Assembly (NCBI GenBank): GCA_937923375.1
Contig: CALAJG010000197.1
Span: 1 to 63,052, forward strand
Direction: 5' to 3'
Source: an uncultured Leucothrix sp.
GTDB lineage: Bacteria > Pseudomonadota > Gammaproteobacteria > Thiotrichales > Thiotrichaceae
Length of the DNA: 63,052 nt
The notes below the pieces were generated by a model. The model was not told where the DNA came from. It saw nothing but the letters and a program-made list of their open reading frames with translations, and made no database searches. Both the position numbers and the translations under genes were made by a program. Positions 24,776-35,966 of the stretch are shown piece after piece (within the stretch, counting starts at the first letter, position 1; every line of letters starts with the position of its first letter).

Positions 24776-25645
24776 TTATTGATGAGAAGCGCTGACGACA
24801 GCCCAAGCCACATCTGCTGCCTGACGGTTTTCTGTAATATCATGTACTCGTAATATCTTTACGCCAGCCTGCACAGCCAACGCAGTGGTAGCAGCGGTTG
24901 CAGCACCAAGTCGGCTAGGTTCTGTTTCATCACAAATAGTAGCTAAAAACCGCTTTCTACTTGTCCCTAGCAATACAGGGAAACCTGACTGACATAGCAG
25001 CGGTAGTTTGTTTAATATCTCAATATTATGCTCAAACAGTTTGCCAAAGCCTATTCCCGGGTCGAGAACGATGTGATGTTTCGGTATACCTTCGGCAATT
25101 GCCACCTCAGCGCGCTTTAATAGATAGCTAAATACTTCTTCGCTAACATCATCATAAAAAGGCGCATCCTGCATCGTCGCTGATTTACCCTGACGGTGCA
25201 TCAGAACGATTGGGAGATTTTTATCAGCAGCTAATGTCAGCATCTCTGCGGAATCCTCTGCGGCTGAAATATCATTTAACCAATTAACACCTGACTCTAC
25301 CGCAGCGATTGCAACCTTAACATCCGTTGTATCAATGCTGATTGGAAAATCATCTGGTAGCTCGCTACGCAATTGCTGAATGACCGGAAGCACCCTGCGT
25401 AATTGCTCAGAAGTATCAATTGACTTGGCGCCTGGGCGTGTTGACTCACCACCAATGTCAATAATATCGGCTCCATCTTGCACCATTTTCATAGCGTGTT
25501 TTACCGCTGATGCCGGATCATTATGTTTGCCCCCATCAGAAAAACTATCTGGAGTAACATTAAGTATTCCCATTATCAATGGGGAGGAGGACTCATTAAA
25601 GAACGGCGATATTTTATGGGTATTTTCTAAATTCATAACTAACAC
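24776..25645 (-). CDS. folP: Dihydropteroate synthase
   Basis: MGILNVTPDSFSDGG, IDIGGESTRPGA, DPGIGFGK, SRKRF, RVHD; exact start uncertain. Confidence 0.96.
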   Translation of the reverse strand: MLVMNLENTHKISPFFNESSSPLIMGILNVTPDSFSDGGKHNDPASAVKHAMKMVQDGADIIDIGGESTRPGAKSIDTSEQLRRVLPVIQQLRSELPDDFPISIDTTDVKVAIAAVESGVNWLNDISAAEDSAEMLTLAADKNLPIVLMHRQGKSATMQDAPFYDDVSEEVFSYLLKRAEVAIAEGIPKHHIVLDPGIGFGKLFEHNIEILNKLPLLCQSGFPVLLGTSRKRFLATICDETEPSRLGAATAATTALAVQAGVKILRVHDITENRQAADVAWAVVSASHQ

Positions 25646-25660
25646 TTTTCATTTTTATGA

Positions 25661-26701
25661 TCAGCTTCTAAGCTGCTTTACACATTCTTTAACTAATCCC
25701 GGGCCACGATAAATCAACCCAGAATAGAGTTGAACCAAGCTACTACCGGCCACAATCTTTGCCTGTGCATCGCCTGCATTCAAAATCCCGCCCACACCAA
25801 TTATTGGAACTTTACCCTTCAGATACTTGGAGAATTCGGCAATAATTTGTGTTGATTGCTGCCTAACCGGCGCACCACTTAGGCCACCTGCTTCCGAACC
25901 ATGGGGCAATTCTGCTACCTTATCTTTTTGCAAGGTCGTATTCGTTGCAATTAGCGCATCAATGCTGGTTTCTATTAGACACTGCGCGATTCCTTGCACT
26001 TCTTCCGTACTTATATCAGGGGCAACTTTAACGGCAAGCGGAACATAGCGCCCTGTAGATTCTGACAAGTTACTTTGCTCTTCTTTTAATGCCAGTAATA
26101 AAGCCTTGAGGTCATCGCCATATTGTAATGTACGTAAGCCGGGAGTATTGGGCGATGAGATATTAATGGTAATGTACGAGGCATGCTCGTATGTCTTTTT
26201 AAGGCAAATTAAGTAATCTTCTTGTGCTCTTTCGACTGGGGTTGCTGCATTTTTTCCAATATTAATTCCAATTACACCCTTATAACCAGTAGCTCGCGCT
26301 TGTTTTACCTTCTCAACCAGATGTTCAACCCCTTTGTTATTAAACCCCATGCGGTTGATAATCGCTTGCGCATCTGGAAGCCTGAATAAACGGGGTTTAG
26401 GGTTTCCTAACTGAGGAAGCGGAGTAACAGTGCCAATTTCAATAAAGCCAAAGCCTAGTTTGGCCATTGCCAAAATGTAATCCCCATTTTTATCGAGTCC
26501 AGCCGCTAACCCCACTCTATTCGGGAACTGGATGCCCATCACTTCAACTGTATGCTTGTCATTTGGGTCAACTGAAGGGGCCTCGCCAAATAACAATTCA
26601 ACTAAACCGAAACGATTGGCAGTTTTCAACACCTTTAGAGTCAGATCATGGGAGGCCTCAGCGGATAAGGAGAACAGCAAGGAGCGCGCAATCGAGTACA
26701 T
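25661..26701 (-). CDS. pyrD: Quinone-dependent dihydroorotate dehydrogenase
   Basis: [44 protein letters not shown]; start at MYSIAR. Confidence 0.97.
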   Translation of the reverse strand: MYSIARSLLFSLSAEASHDLTLKVLKTANRFGLVELLFGEAPSVDPNDKHTVEVMGIQFPNRVGLAAGLDKNGDYILAMAKLGFGFIEIGTVTPLPQLGNPKPRLFRLPDAQAIINRMGFNNKGVEHLVEKVKQARATGYKGVIGINIGKNAATPVERAQEDYLICLKKTYEHASYITINISSPNTPGLRTLQYGDDLKALLLALKEEQSNLSESTGRYVPLAVKVAPDISTEEVQGIAQCLIETSIDALIATNTTLQKDKVAELPHGSEAGGLSGAPVRQQSTQIIAEFSKYLKGKVPIIGVGGILNAGDAQAKIVAGSSLVQLYSGLIYRGPGLVKECVKQLRS

Positions 26702-26814
26702 AGAAGCCTTGGTAAGATCTGAGAAATATGCCGCGATTATCCTCAGAAACAAATGAGGCCGCAACTGCGACCCCACTTTTTTGCCATTGTTTTACGTTTA
26801 ACCTAAAGAAAAAA

Positions 26815-27723
26815 TCAACGCTGCTTCTCAAGTGCAGCAATTCTATCTTCCAGTGGTGGGTGGGTTGAGAATAGTTTATTCAAACCACTTTTGAAGCCAC
26901 CCGCGATTCCAAAGGCTGCTAGCTCTCCGGGTAGATCATGAGGTCGGTTGCCACGTTGCAAGGCTTTTAACGCATCAATCATCTGCTGCCTGCCGGCCAG
27001 ATCAGCACCACCGATATCCGCTTTAAACTCACGATAGCGGGAGAACCATTTAACCACCAGATTGGCCAGAAAGCCTAAAGCCATCTGAGCCACCATCGAA
27101 ACCATATAGTAAACCATGCCATAAGAATTGCTACGATTGCCCTCTCCCCGAGACATTAATGAGTTGACCAATGTCGCAATCACTCTAGAGAAGAAGAATA
27201 CAAAGGTATTCATTACACCTTGCAGTAATGTTTGGGTCACCATATCACCATTAGCTACGTGTGCCATTTCATGACCCATAACCGCTTCAGCTTCGTCCGC
27301 AGACATCGTGTTTAACAACCCGGTACTGACTGCAACTAGGGCAGAATTTTTTCTCGCACCTGTAGCAAATGCATTAACCTCTGTTGTATCAAAAATACCA
27401 ACCTCGGGCATATCGATACCAACTCTCTCGGCTTGCCGTGCTACCACGTTCATTAGCCAGCGCTCTTGCTGGTTGGCAGGTTGTTCAATAATCCGAACGC
27501 CCATACTGCGCTTAGCGGAACTTTTAGACATCCAAAGACTAATGAAAGCGCCAGCAAATCCCATTACCAGAGACATTAATGCGATATAGCCAAATTCTGC
27601 TGGCATGCCCATTTGTCTGAGGGCTTCAGAAACACCAAACATGCTGTCCAGAACATTCCAGACGATGCCAAGCATCGCCACAACCGCAAAGTTGGTGGCC
27701 ATTAATAGTAAAGTACGCTTCAT
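26815..27723 (-). CDS. htpX: Membrane zinc protease HtpX
   Basis: NAFATG, HEMAHVANGDMVT, FSRYREFKAD, THPPLEDRI. Confidence 0.96.
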   Translation of the reverse strand: MKRTLLLMATNFAVVAMLGIVWNVLDSMFGVSEALRQMGMPAEFGYIALMSLVMGFAGAFISLWMSKSSAKRSMGVRIIEQPANQQERWLMNVVARQAERVGIDMPEVGIFDTTEVNAFATGARKNSALVAVSTGLLNTMSADEAEAVMGHEMAHVANGDMVTQTLLQGVMNTFVFFFSRVIATLVNSLMSRGEGNRSNSYGMVYYMVSMVAQMALGFLANLVVKWFSRYREFKADIGGADLAGRQQMIDALKALQRGNRPHDLPGELAAFGIAGGFKSGLNKLFSTHPPLEDRIAALEKQR

Positions 27724-27883
27724 GCGTTATCCTCATTCGAATAAATCGTTGATACTGCAACGATGGCTGCATCGGTCGTGTTTTTCAAGCTACAGCCGAT
27801 AATTCGCACAGTAAGCCCTTGAATATCATATTAACTATGACGATAAGTCAGTTGGTTAACGCGTCTGGTTCAGAAATTGATTG

Positions 27884-28456
27884 CTAGTTTTTTAAACGTC
27901 TCAGGCCTTGGCCAACGAATATCCATGCCGTAATCGCTCCGCCAATTCCGCCAAACAGATGTCCATCCCAAGATACGCCTTTCTGCCATGGTGCGATGCC
28001 ACTCAGCAATATTCCACCGTAAGTGACAGCAACAAAAAAGCTTATTAGCACTGGCACCATGCGTTTTTCAAGTATTCCAGATACGATCAGAAAAACAGCC
28101 AAACCGAAAACTAACAGACTAGCACCTATGTGCAAGGTATTACCTCGCCCAAACAACCAAAGCAATACTCCACCAATAGCAATGATTGAAATCACGATGA
28201 CAATGCTGTTAGCTCTTGATCCTGACAACAGCAGTAGCATGACGACTAACGGCACGAAGTTACTCATGATGTGTGCAAGGTCCCCATGCAGGAAAGTCAT
28301 TGCAGCAATACCTAAAATCCCACCCCAGTCGCGTGGAATTAAACCTAACTTTTCTAGCGGCAAGAAACGGTCGAGAATAAAAACCAACCAAATAATCCCG
28401 ACAAAAATTAAGATGGTCTTCAACTCTTCACGGATAGTATGTGCGTAATTTTTCAT
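27884..28456 (-). CDS. Rhomboid-family intramembrane serine protease
   Basis: FLHGDLAHIMSN, HIGAS catalytic Ser, SWDGHLFG catalytic His. Confidence 0.9.
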   Translation of the reverse strand: MKNYAHTIREELKTILIFVGIIWLVFILDRFLPLEKLGLIPRDWGGILGIAAMTFLHGDLAHIMSNFVPLVVMLLLLSGSRANSIVIVISIIAIGGVLLWLFGRGNTLHIGASLLVFGLAVFLIVSGILEKRMVPVLISFFVAVTYGGILLSGIAPWQKGVSWDGHLFGGIGGAITAWIFVGQGLRRLKN

Positions 28457-28464
28457 AAGATTAC

Positions 28465-29493
28465 TCAGGCAAATGCACTCATAGAAGATTCAATTTCATT
28501 CCAACGTTGAGTGTCTAACAGTGCGCTACGGTTCATATAAGCCTTGCCAACCATTCGCTTCAAACGTATCTGACTGGCTTTTGCAGCTTCGATGTTTAAA
28601 TCTATTTTGGCTTCATCAAGCACCTGCATAACACCTTGGCGGTTATTACAAACTAAGACCATATCACAGCCAGCGTCTAATGCTGCCTCTGCTCGCTGCG
28701 CGTAGTTTCCAGCAAACGAAGCACCTTCCATATCCAAATCGTCGCTAAAAATTACGCCATCGAAGTTTAGGATGTTCCTTAAGATTTGCTTCAACCAGAT
28801 TTCAGAAAATCCAGCCGGACGACTATCTATCGCAGGATAAATAACGTGCGCAGGCATCACCGCATCAAGCCCTTTGGGAATAAGTTTAAGAAAGGGTTGG
28901 ATATCAAAGGCATCTAACGTAGCAAATGCACGTTGATCGACCGGAATTTCTTTATGTGAATCTGCGGTAACGGCACCATGACCAGGAAAATGCTTACCCG
29001 TAGCTGCCATCCCAGCCTGATGCATGCCCTGAATATAGGCTTCAGCCATTTTACACACGATGTCAGGATCTGAATGAAAAGCACGATCGCCAATCACTTC
29101 ACTCACGCCATAGTTAAGATCTAAAACAGGTGCAAAGCTGAAATCGATGCCCATTGCCCGTAACTCAGAGGCCATTAACCAGGCATGATTATGAGCGGAT
29201 TGGAGCGCCGTTTGTTCATCATCACTTTGCTCATAAAGCTTTCCAAGTGCTGGTAAACGTGTAAAGCCCTCTTTAAAGCGTTGAACACGCCCACCTTCAT
29301 GATCAACACCAATTAGCAAATCAGGCCCAGATGCTTGTCGGACTTGCTGAATAAGACGTTCAAGTTGTTCAACACTTTCAAAATTGCGGGAAAACAGAAT
29401 TAGTCCACCACAAAACGGATGCTGCAAAAGTTCTACTTCTTCACTTGTAATCTCGATTCCTTCAAGATCCAGCATTAATGGTGCTATGGACAT
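28465..29493 (-). CDS. nagZ: Beta-N-acetylhexosaminidase (GH3)
   Basis: DHEGGRVQRF, SFAPVLD, KHFPGHG..DSH, FSDDLDM. Confidence 0.96.
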   Translation of the reverse strand: MSIAPLMLDLEGIEITSEEVELLQHPFCGGLILFSRNFESVEQLERLIQQVRQASGPDLLIGVDHEGGRVQRFKEGFTRLPALGKLYEQSDDEQTALQSAHNHAWLMASELRAMGIDFSFAPVLDLNYGVSEVIGDRAFHSDPDIVCKMAEAYIQGMHQAGMAATGKHFPGHGAVTADSHKEIPVDQRAFATLDAFDIQPFLKLIPKGLDAVMPAHVIYPAIDSRPAGFSEIWLKQILRNILNFDGVIFSDDLDMEGASFAGNYAQRAEAALDAGCDMVLVCNNRQGVMQVLDEAKIDLNIEAAKASQIRLKRMVGKAYMNRSALLDTQRWNEIESSMSAFA

Positions 29494-29700
29494 ACAAAAT
29501 CTCTTTTTAAAGTCAGTAATAGATTATAGCCCCCCCCTAAGCCTTTCATCGAGCTAATTAACGACATTAATCAGGTGCTGTGCAGACACTATTCAGCTTC
29601 AATTCAGTTCCGCGCCCAAACGGCTACTTTCGTCCCTTTAGTCATACAATTTTTTTATGGACAGCTGTAAAACTGTAATCACGACTAAGGCAACGGTTAC

Positions 29701-30213
29701 ATGGGAGTTTCCAGTATGAGCGCAACAGTTGATTTCAACGAATTTCAGGAAGAAGTTCCAACACTAGGCAGTACACGCTACAGTGACGTTCATATCTTAT
29801 CCACTAGAGGCAGAGTAGGTAGGTTTGAATATTTTTTTTACTCTTTAGTTTTACCCTTTCTGGTATTTTGGATTATTGCTGCATTGGCGGGTATTTCTAG
29901 TCACTTCGGGGAACTTGGTGGCGCTATTGCCTACGTACTACTCGCGGCTGCCTTTTGCGCGGCCCTAATCATCCATGTCCAATTAACCGTACAGCGTTGT
30001 CATGATTTCAACGCCAGTGGTTGGCTAGCAATCTTGATTATTCTGCCACTTGCAAGCATTTTGTTTTGGTTAATTCCTGGAAATAAAGATAACAACCGCT
30101 TTGGCTTCCCTCCACGCCCCCCCAGCTCATTACTGAGAAAAGGAGTCGCCTTACTACTGCTCATCTTAGTTGCTATTATTACGTTTCTAGCACTCAAGTA
30201 TTCAGGAATGTAG
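29701..30213 (+). CDS. DUF805 membrane protein
   Basis: GRVGRFEYF, VQRCHDFNASGW, PGNKDNNRFG. Confidence 0.88.
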   Translation: MGVSSMSATVDFNEFQEEVPTLGSTRYSDVHILSTRGRVGRFEYFFYSLVLPFLVFWIIAALAGISSHFGELGGAIAYVLLAAAFCAALIIHVQLTVQRCHDFNASGWLAILIILPLASILFWLIPGNKDNNRFGFPPRPPSSLLRKGVALLLLILVAIITFLALKYSGM

Positions 30214-30368
30214 CTGTCAATCTGATCACAACTAAAACGAGTAAAGATTCTGTAAGGATAATGGAATAGATTTCATGCATTAGCTACAATAAGAGTTAGC
30301 CGTGGATGGATTGGGGATAATTCAGAATAATTCACGGTCTCAAATAATAATAGTTAAGACGGTGAGAC

Positions 30369-31985
30369 ATGAAACAGCTTATTTTAATAATTGTTCTGAT
30401 CGCCGGCTCAGTCGCGCTTGGTAGCTATCTGATCAAGACTAAGCCGGAGCCTCGCAAACGCGTGAGACAGCCGGCTGTTCCAGTGGTCGAGATCATGACG
30501 CCAAAGCTACAGTCTTATACCCAAAAAATTCGCTCATCAGGGTCAGTTGAAACTAACCTGAGTACCAATTTAGTTTCAGAAGTTTCTGGAAAAGTAGTTT
30601 CAGTAACTCGCGCTTTTCAAGAAGGGAATTATTTCAAGAAAGGCCAACACCTTCTCTCTGTTGACTCAACCGATTACAGAAATGCGATTGTCATTGCACG
30701 CGCTGAAATAAGCCAGAGAACGCTCGAGATAAAGAATGAGCAAAACCTTGCCCAGTTGGCGGTAAGAGACTTTCGACTGCTAGGCAATAATCGACGCCCC
30801 GGTGAAATGGCCAGTAGAAGACCGCACATAGCGGCCGCCATGGCTAACCTTGATGCAGCTAAAATCCGCTTAGAACAGGCAAAGAACAACCTTAAGAAAA
30901 CTAAAGTCGTGGCGCCCTACACTGGTAGAATTCGGAGTACGAGCGTTAATGTTGGCCAATTCGTTAGCCCGGGCACATTACTTGGTCAGATCTATTCTAC
31001 GGACTACGTAGAGGTTCGTCTTCCTCTATCACTAGCTGATTATGAACAGCTCAACCTTCCTGAGACCTACCAAAACCAACAATCTATAAGAAAAGACAGC
31101 CTGCCAAAAGTAGTCTTTTCAGCTAACTACGGCTCTAAAGTCCATACATGGCAAGGGCGCATCGTCCGAGCTAGCGCCGCTATGGATGACCGCACTCGTC
31201 AAATACCAGTTATTGCCAGAATCGAAAATCCGTTCAGCAAAAAAACAGGTGATGATACTCCTCCGATTAAAATTGGTCAGTTTCTTAAAGCCGAAATACT
31301 CGGTACTGAGCTAAATAATGTCTATGTAATACCAACAACTTCGACCAGACAGAACCGTGAAGTGATGCTATATGATGATGGCAAAGTGAACATTATTCCA
31401 ATTGAGGTGATCACTGGAGAAGATGACTCTCTGATAATTAGTCAGGATGCTTTACCCCCTGGCGCGAAGTTGATTATTACACCTATGCCTTCAGCAAAAT
31501 CAGGTATGAAAGTAAGGCTACCGGGAGAAGGTAGAAAGCGAGGCGGCCAAAAAGGCAAGCAAGGAGAAGGTGCTGGCTGGGACGGTAAGTCTGGCGCAAG
31601 TGATGCTGGAGATTGGGGCAAAAAGCCTGACAAAGATAAAAGACAAAGGATTCGAAATAAAGATGAAACAAAAGCCGGACCTCCTACAAAAAAACCATCT
31701 AATGAAAGTCAGGGCTGGAGAAATATCAATAGTGTAAGTACTGAAAAACCTGCCGCGACTTCAGATGTTGCTGGTGGTGAAACCGTACTACTTTCAACTC
31801 AACAAAGAGAAAGGCTAGTCCTTTTCATTGAAAATCACCCAAGAATGCCTGATGAAGCTAAACAGCGAGTACTCAAGAAACTCAACTCGCAAGATGTGCC
31901 AAAGAGCTTGGTGGAACGACTGAGAAAACAAATGACCGGTCAACGCTCAAACGATCGAACCGGTGCCAGGAATACTGAACAATGA
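30369..31985 (+). CDS. RND efflux periplasmic adaptor (MFP) with long C-terminal extension
   Basis: EVSGKV, APYTGRI, GQFVSPG, VEVRLPL; about 150 extra C-terminal residues. Confidence 0.9.
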   Translation: MKQLILIIVLIAGSVALGSYLIKTKPEPRKRVRQPAVPVVEIMTPKLQSYTQKIRSSGSVETNLSTNLVSEVSGKVVSVTRAFQEGNYFKKGQHLLSVDSTDYRNAIVIARAEISQRTLEIKNEQNLAQLAVRDFRLLGNNRRPGEMASRRPHIAAAMANLDAAKIRLEQAKNNLKKTKVVAPYTGRIRSTSVNVGQFVSPGTLLGQIYSTDYVEVRLPLSLADYEQLNLPETYQNQQSIRKDSLPKVVFSANYGSKVHTWQGRIVRASAAMDDRTRQIPVIARIENPFSKKTGDDTPPIKIGQFLKAEILGTELNNVYVIPTTSTRQNREVMLYDDGKVNIIPIEVITGEDDSLIISQDALPPGAKLIITPMPSAKSGMKVRLPGEGRKRGGQKGKQGEGAGWDGKSGASDAGDWGKKPDKDKRQRIRNKDETKAGPPTKKPSNESQGWRNINSVSTEKPAATSDVAGGETVLLSTQQRERLVLFIENHPRMPDEAKQRVLKKLNSQDVPKSLVERLRKQMTGQRSNDRTGARNTEQ

Positions 31986-34900
31986 ACGGTGCAATCGCTT
32001 GGTTTGCCAGGAATCATGTGGCTGCAAACTTGTTAATGATTGTTATCATAACAGCCGGCTTGTTCACTATGTTCAACCGTATTCCACTAGAGGTCTTCCC
32101 TGCCTTTGAACGAGACATTATCAATGTTAGTGCGGGCTATCCCGGTGCTGCACCAAACGAAGTGGAAGAAGGTGTTGTAAGAAGAATAGAAGAGGCTATT
32201 GCCGACCTTCCCGAAATTGAAAATATCACCAGCACAGCTAGCGAAGGGTCGGCCTCCGTCAATATTGACTTGGTTGAGGGCACTGATAAAGATCAATTAC
32301 TCAATGAAATTAAAAGCCGGGTCGACTCAATTAGCGACTTTCCAGATGATGTGACTACACCGACTGCCAGCACCTCTGTCAGGATAAGGGAAAACATCAA
32401 TGTCATTGTGTTTGGCGACATTAATGAAACTGAGCTCAATCAGGAAACGCTGAAAGTTCGCGACGAGCTATTACAACTTGACGGAATCACTCAAGTTGCG
32501 ATCAGTGGTTTACGACCATATGAAATTGCTATAGAGGTGCCAGAGATCACTCTGCAGCGCTATAATTTGAGCCTTGCAGAAATTTCACAGGCAATTCGTA
32601 ATTCTTCAAGAGATATCCCTGCCGGCACACTAAACACTGATGCCGGTGAAATTCGTATACGTACGCTGGGCAAAGCAACAGTTGCCTCAGATTTCGCTGA
32701 TATAAACATCCGCAGCAATGCTGACGGCACCCAAATCCGACTGGGTGACATTGCCACAATTATTGACTCCTTTGACGAAGGGCCTCAATACACGACCTTT
32801 GATGGCAAACGTGGTTCATCTCTGGAGGTATATCGAGTCGGTGATCAGAACGCAATTGAGCTATCAAAAAAAGTCATTGCGTATATTGCAGATAAAAACG
32901 ACCGATTGCCTGAGAATATTTCCCTCACCTACTGGCGCGACAACTCTAAAAGCATTAAAGCGCGTTTATCGACTCTCGTTAACAGCGCTGTTCAGGGCTG
33001 TTTGTTAATATTTATCCTACTTTCATTGTTTTTAAGACCAAAAGTTGCACTTTGGGTTAGTGTGGGCATCCCAATCAGCTTTATGGGGGCGATGACGCTA
33101 ATGCCCTATATCGGGGTTACTTATAATCTAATCAGCCTGTTTGCCTTTATCGTAGTTCTCGGAATCGTAGTCGATGATGCCATCGTCACGGGTGAGAACA
33201 TATACACGCACCTGCAACGTGGCGCAGACCCAACGACGGCAGCAATCCAAGGTACGCAGGAAGTTTCCGTGCCTGTTACCTTTGGCGTCTTGACCACCAT
33301 GACAGCATTTGTGCCGCTGCTAATGGTTGGCGGCTTACGTGGCCAGATCTTCGCTGTTATACCCGCTGTCATTCTTCCTGTCTTAGTTTTTTCGCTAATC
33401 GAGTCCAAGCTGATTCTGCCAGCACACATGAGCTCGGTATCGATTCCGGATCCCAATAAAAAAGTAAACATTCTAGCGCGAATCCAGCAGGCAATTGCGG
33501 GCAGTTTGGAATGGTTTATTGATCGTATCTTCTCGCCTTTTCTTGGGGTGGCTTTGAACTTACGTTATTTTATGCTGACTTTATTCATCGCAGCGCTCGC
33601 CTTATCAATTCTGAGCGTCACTACCGGGCGCTATAAATTCACATTCTTCCCGCGTATTCAGAGTGAATACGTTCGCGCTGACTTGACTATGCCTGAGGGC
33701 ACACCGATTGAAGTTACAGGAAAGCATGTTGATAACATGTTGAAGCAACTGTTAATCCTTCAGGAAAAATATATCGAACCAGGAACAGATCAAAGCGTAA
33801 TTCAGCATATTTTAACGACCGTTGGGACAAAAGGCGGCAGTCGCAGAAAGCTAATCAGCGGTAAATCAAACATTGCCCGCATCCAGTTTGAAACCATTCC
33901 ACCAGAATCGCGAACACTGGATGTCAGTAGTAGGCAAATGATTCGTGAATGGCAACGCATGATTGGTGATATTCCCGGTGCTGAAAGCCTCTCATTCCGT
34001 GCAGAGTTTGGCAGAGGTGGGCAACCCCTAGCTATCCAAATTAGCGGTAATGACTTCGACCGGCTATCCGCAGCTTCTGTTGAAATCAAAGATCGGCTCG
34101 AAGGCTATAACGGACTATTCGATATAACTGACAGCTTTGAAGGTGGAAAAGATGAAATCCGCATGAAGGTTAAGCCAGAAGCTGAGCTGTTGGGGGTTAA
34201 CATTACTGATTTGGGTCAGCAGGTGCGCAATAGTATTTTCGGGGCTGAAGCCCAGTCTGTGCAACGCGGTAGTGAAGATGCCAAAGTTGTTGTGCGACTG
34301 CCCAAAGAAGAGCGATACTCTGTTACTGCACTCGAGAAGATTCGCATTCGTACCAAAAATGGTGACTTAGTTCCCTTATTGCAAGTCGCTGATGTGGTTA
34401 TTGAACAAGGTTTTTCCAGGATTCGTCGGGTTGACGGCCAGCGAGTATTAGATATTTCAGCGGATGCTGATAAAGAAGCCGTTGATATGCCAAGAATTCA
34501 AGAGGAAATGCGTGAGTGGTTACCGGAGATATTACAAAATTATCCTGATATAAACTACACATTCGAAGGTGAACTCAAAGAGCAATCTGAAGCCTTTAGC
34601 AGTCTTAATTACGGTTTAATGTTTGCCCTACTTGGAATCTATGGCCTACTAGCCATTCCATTTCGCTCCTATGTACAACCATTTATCGTGATGGGTGTTA
34701 TCCCATTTAGTATCATTGGTGCACTATTAGGTCACGGTATTATGGGTATGACGTTGAGCATCAGCAGCATACTGGGCATGTTAGCGCTAACAGGTGTGGT
34801 AGTGAACGATTCACTGGTGTTAGTAGACTATATCAATAAGCGACGACGCGAGGGCATGGCGTTAATTGATGCCGTTAGAAAAGCAGGTGGAGCCCGATTT

Positions 34901-35146
34901 AGACCGATTTTGTTGACCTCCTTGACGACATTTGCCGGCCTGTTGCCCCTGATGTTTGAAAAGAGTACTCAGGCACAGTTCCTCATTCCAATGGCGGTTA
35001 GCTTGGGTTACGGGATCTTATTTGCAACCTTGTTGTCACTAGTATTAGTACCCGTCAGTTATTTAGTGTTAGAAGATATTAAACGAGTAATCAGAAAAAT
35101 AATGCGTTTCATATTTAATATGGAGCAACCTCAAAAACAAACTTGA
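31982..35146 (+). CDS. RND efflux permease (AcrB/AcrD/AcrF family)
   Basis: WFARNHVAANLLM, GIVVDDAIV, GVVVNDSLV, RFRPILLTSLTT; ATGA-coupled to the MFP gene. Confidence 0.95.
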   Translation: MNGAIAWFARNHVAANLLMIVIITAGLFTMFNRIPLEVFPAFERDIINVSAGYPGAAPNEVEEGVVRRIEEAIADLPEIENITSTASEGSASVNIDLVEGTDKDQLLNEIKSRVDSISDFPDDVTTPTASTSVRIRENINVIVFGDINETELNQETLKVRDELLQLDGITQVAISGLRPYEIAIEVPEITLQRYNLSLAEISQAIRNSSRDIPAGTLNTDAGEIRIRTLGKATVASDFADINIRSNADGTQIRLGDIATIIDSFDEGPQYTTFDGKRGSSLEVYRVGDQNAIELSKKVIAYIADKNDRLPENISLTYWRDNSKSIKARLSTLVNSAVQGCLLIFILLSLFLRPKVALWVSVGIPISFMGAMTLMPYIGVTYNLISLFAFIVVLGIVVDDAIVTGENIYTHLQRGADPTTAAIQGTQEVSVPVTFGVLTTMTAFVPLLMVGGLRGQIFAVIPAVILPVLVFSLIESKLILPAHMSSVSIPDPNKKVNILARIQQAIAGSLEWFIDRIFSPFLGVALNLRYFMLTLFIAALALSILSVTTGRYKFTFFPRIQSEYVRADLTMPEGTPIEVTGKHVDNMLKQLLILQEKYIEPGTDQSVIQHILTTVGTKGGSRRKLISGKSNIARIQFETIPPESRTLDVSSRQMIREWQRMIGDIPGAESLSFRAEFGRGGQPLAIQISGNDFDRLSAASVEIKDRLEGYNGLFDITDSFEGGKDEIRMKVKPEAELLGVNITDLGQQVRNSIFGAEAQSVQRGSEDAKVVVRLPKEERYSVTALEKIRIRTKNGDLVPLLQVADVVIEQGFSRIRRVDGQRVLDISADADKEAVDMPRIQEEMREWLPEILQNYPDINYTFEGELKEQSEAFSSLNYGLMFALLGIYGLLAIPFRSYVQPFIVMGVIPFSIIGALLGHGIMGMTLSISSILGMLALTGVVVNDSLVLVDYINKRRREGMALIDAVRKAGGARFRPILLTSLTTFAGLLPLMFEKSTQAQFLIPMAVSLGYGILFATLLSLVLVPVSYLVLEDIKRVIRKIMRFIFNMEQPQKQT

Positions 35147-35156
35147 AAAAATAAGA

Positions 35157-35966
35157 ATGAAAACAATCAGCATTTACCTATTGAGTGGTCTACTAACAAT
35201 CCTCTCATTGTCTGCTAGCGCCGCCAGCATAGACCTCCACATTATGGCTGGTCAGTCTAATATGCAAGGCTGGCGCAGTGACGCAAAGTTCTATCCTCCC
35301 GATCGAAACCGTCAGGATTCACAGATACCTTTCTACTTCGAAGCGGTTGATTATTCATCGTCTCAACGCTTTTGGGATAGCTTGCGCCCTCAAGAAGGCC
35401 ACTTTTTACAAGGTCACTTTGGCCCAGAGGTGACTTTCGCCCGTTCAGTCAAAAGCTACGGGTTTAACCCCGCCATTTTCAAGTTTAGTTTTGGGAGCAG
35501 CAGTATTGAAACAGTCTGGAAGGCACCCGGACAAAATGGATTATACGACAGGATGATTCGTGAGCTTCAGCTATCGATAAGACTTCTGAAACAGATGGGA
35601 AATCAAGTTAACATCCGTTCGTTTACCTGGATTCAAGGCGAAACGGATGCTTCAAATGATCGTCTGGCTAACCATTACTACAATAACTTAAGGCGCATGC
35701 TAAACCACTTTAGACATGTCGTAATAAGAAACCCATCGTTGCCCGTTATTTTAGGTGTCGATGAGCAACATCCTCACGTCAAACTCAGACCTCAGGTTGT
35801 TAAAGCTCAGCAGCGCTTGGCTCGAGAAGACAGAAATACCGCCTACACAACGATGTATGGACTAGAAAAGTCTGACGTCACTCACCTCACTGCACGCGGT
35901 GTGGTTCAGCATGGACAGCGTATATTTCAGGCTTACCTGAATCTGGCTTATCCACTGAATTTTTAA
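35157..35966 (+). CDS. Secreted SASA/SGNH-family carbohydrate acetylesterase
   Basis: Signal peptide, AGQSNM nucleophile motif, WIQGETD, DVTH (D-x-x-H). Confidence 0.85.
   Translation: MKTISIYLLSGLLTILSLSASAASIDLHIMAGQSNMQGWRSDAKFYPPDRNRQDSQIPFYFEAVDYSSSQRFWDSLRPQEGHFLQGHFGPEVTFARSVKSYGFNPAIFKFSFGSSSIETVWKAPGQNGLYDRMIRELQLSIRLLKQMGNQVNIRSFTWIQGETDASNDRLANHYYNNLRRMLNHFRHVVIRNPSLPVILGVDEQHPHVKLRPQVVKAQQRLAREDRNTAYTTMYGLEKSDVTHLTARGVVQHGQRIFQAYLNLAYPLNF

Noticed and set aside
29530-29537. Poly-C tract between nagZ and the DUF805 gene as a phase-variation site
   Set aside because: Short and intergenic, with no evidence of length variation from a single sequence.
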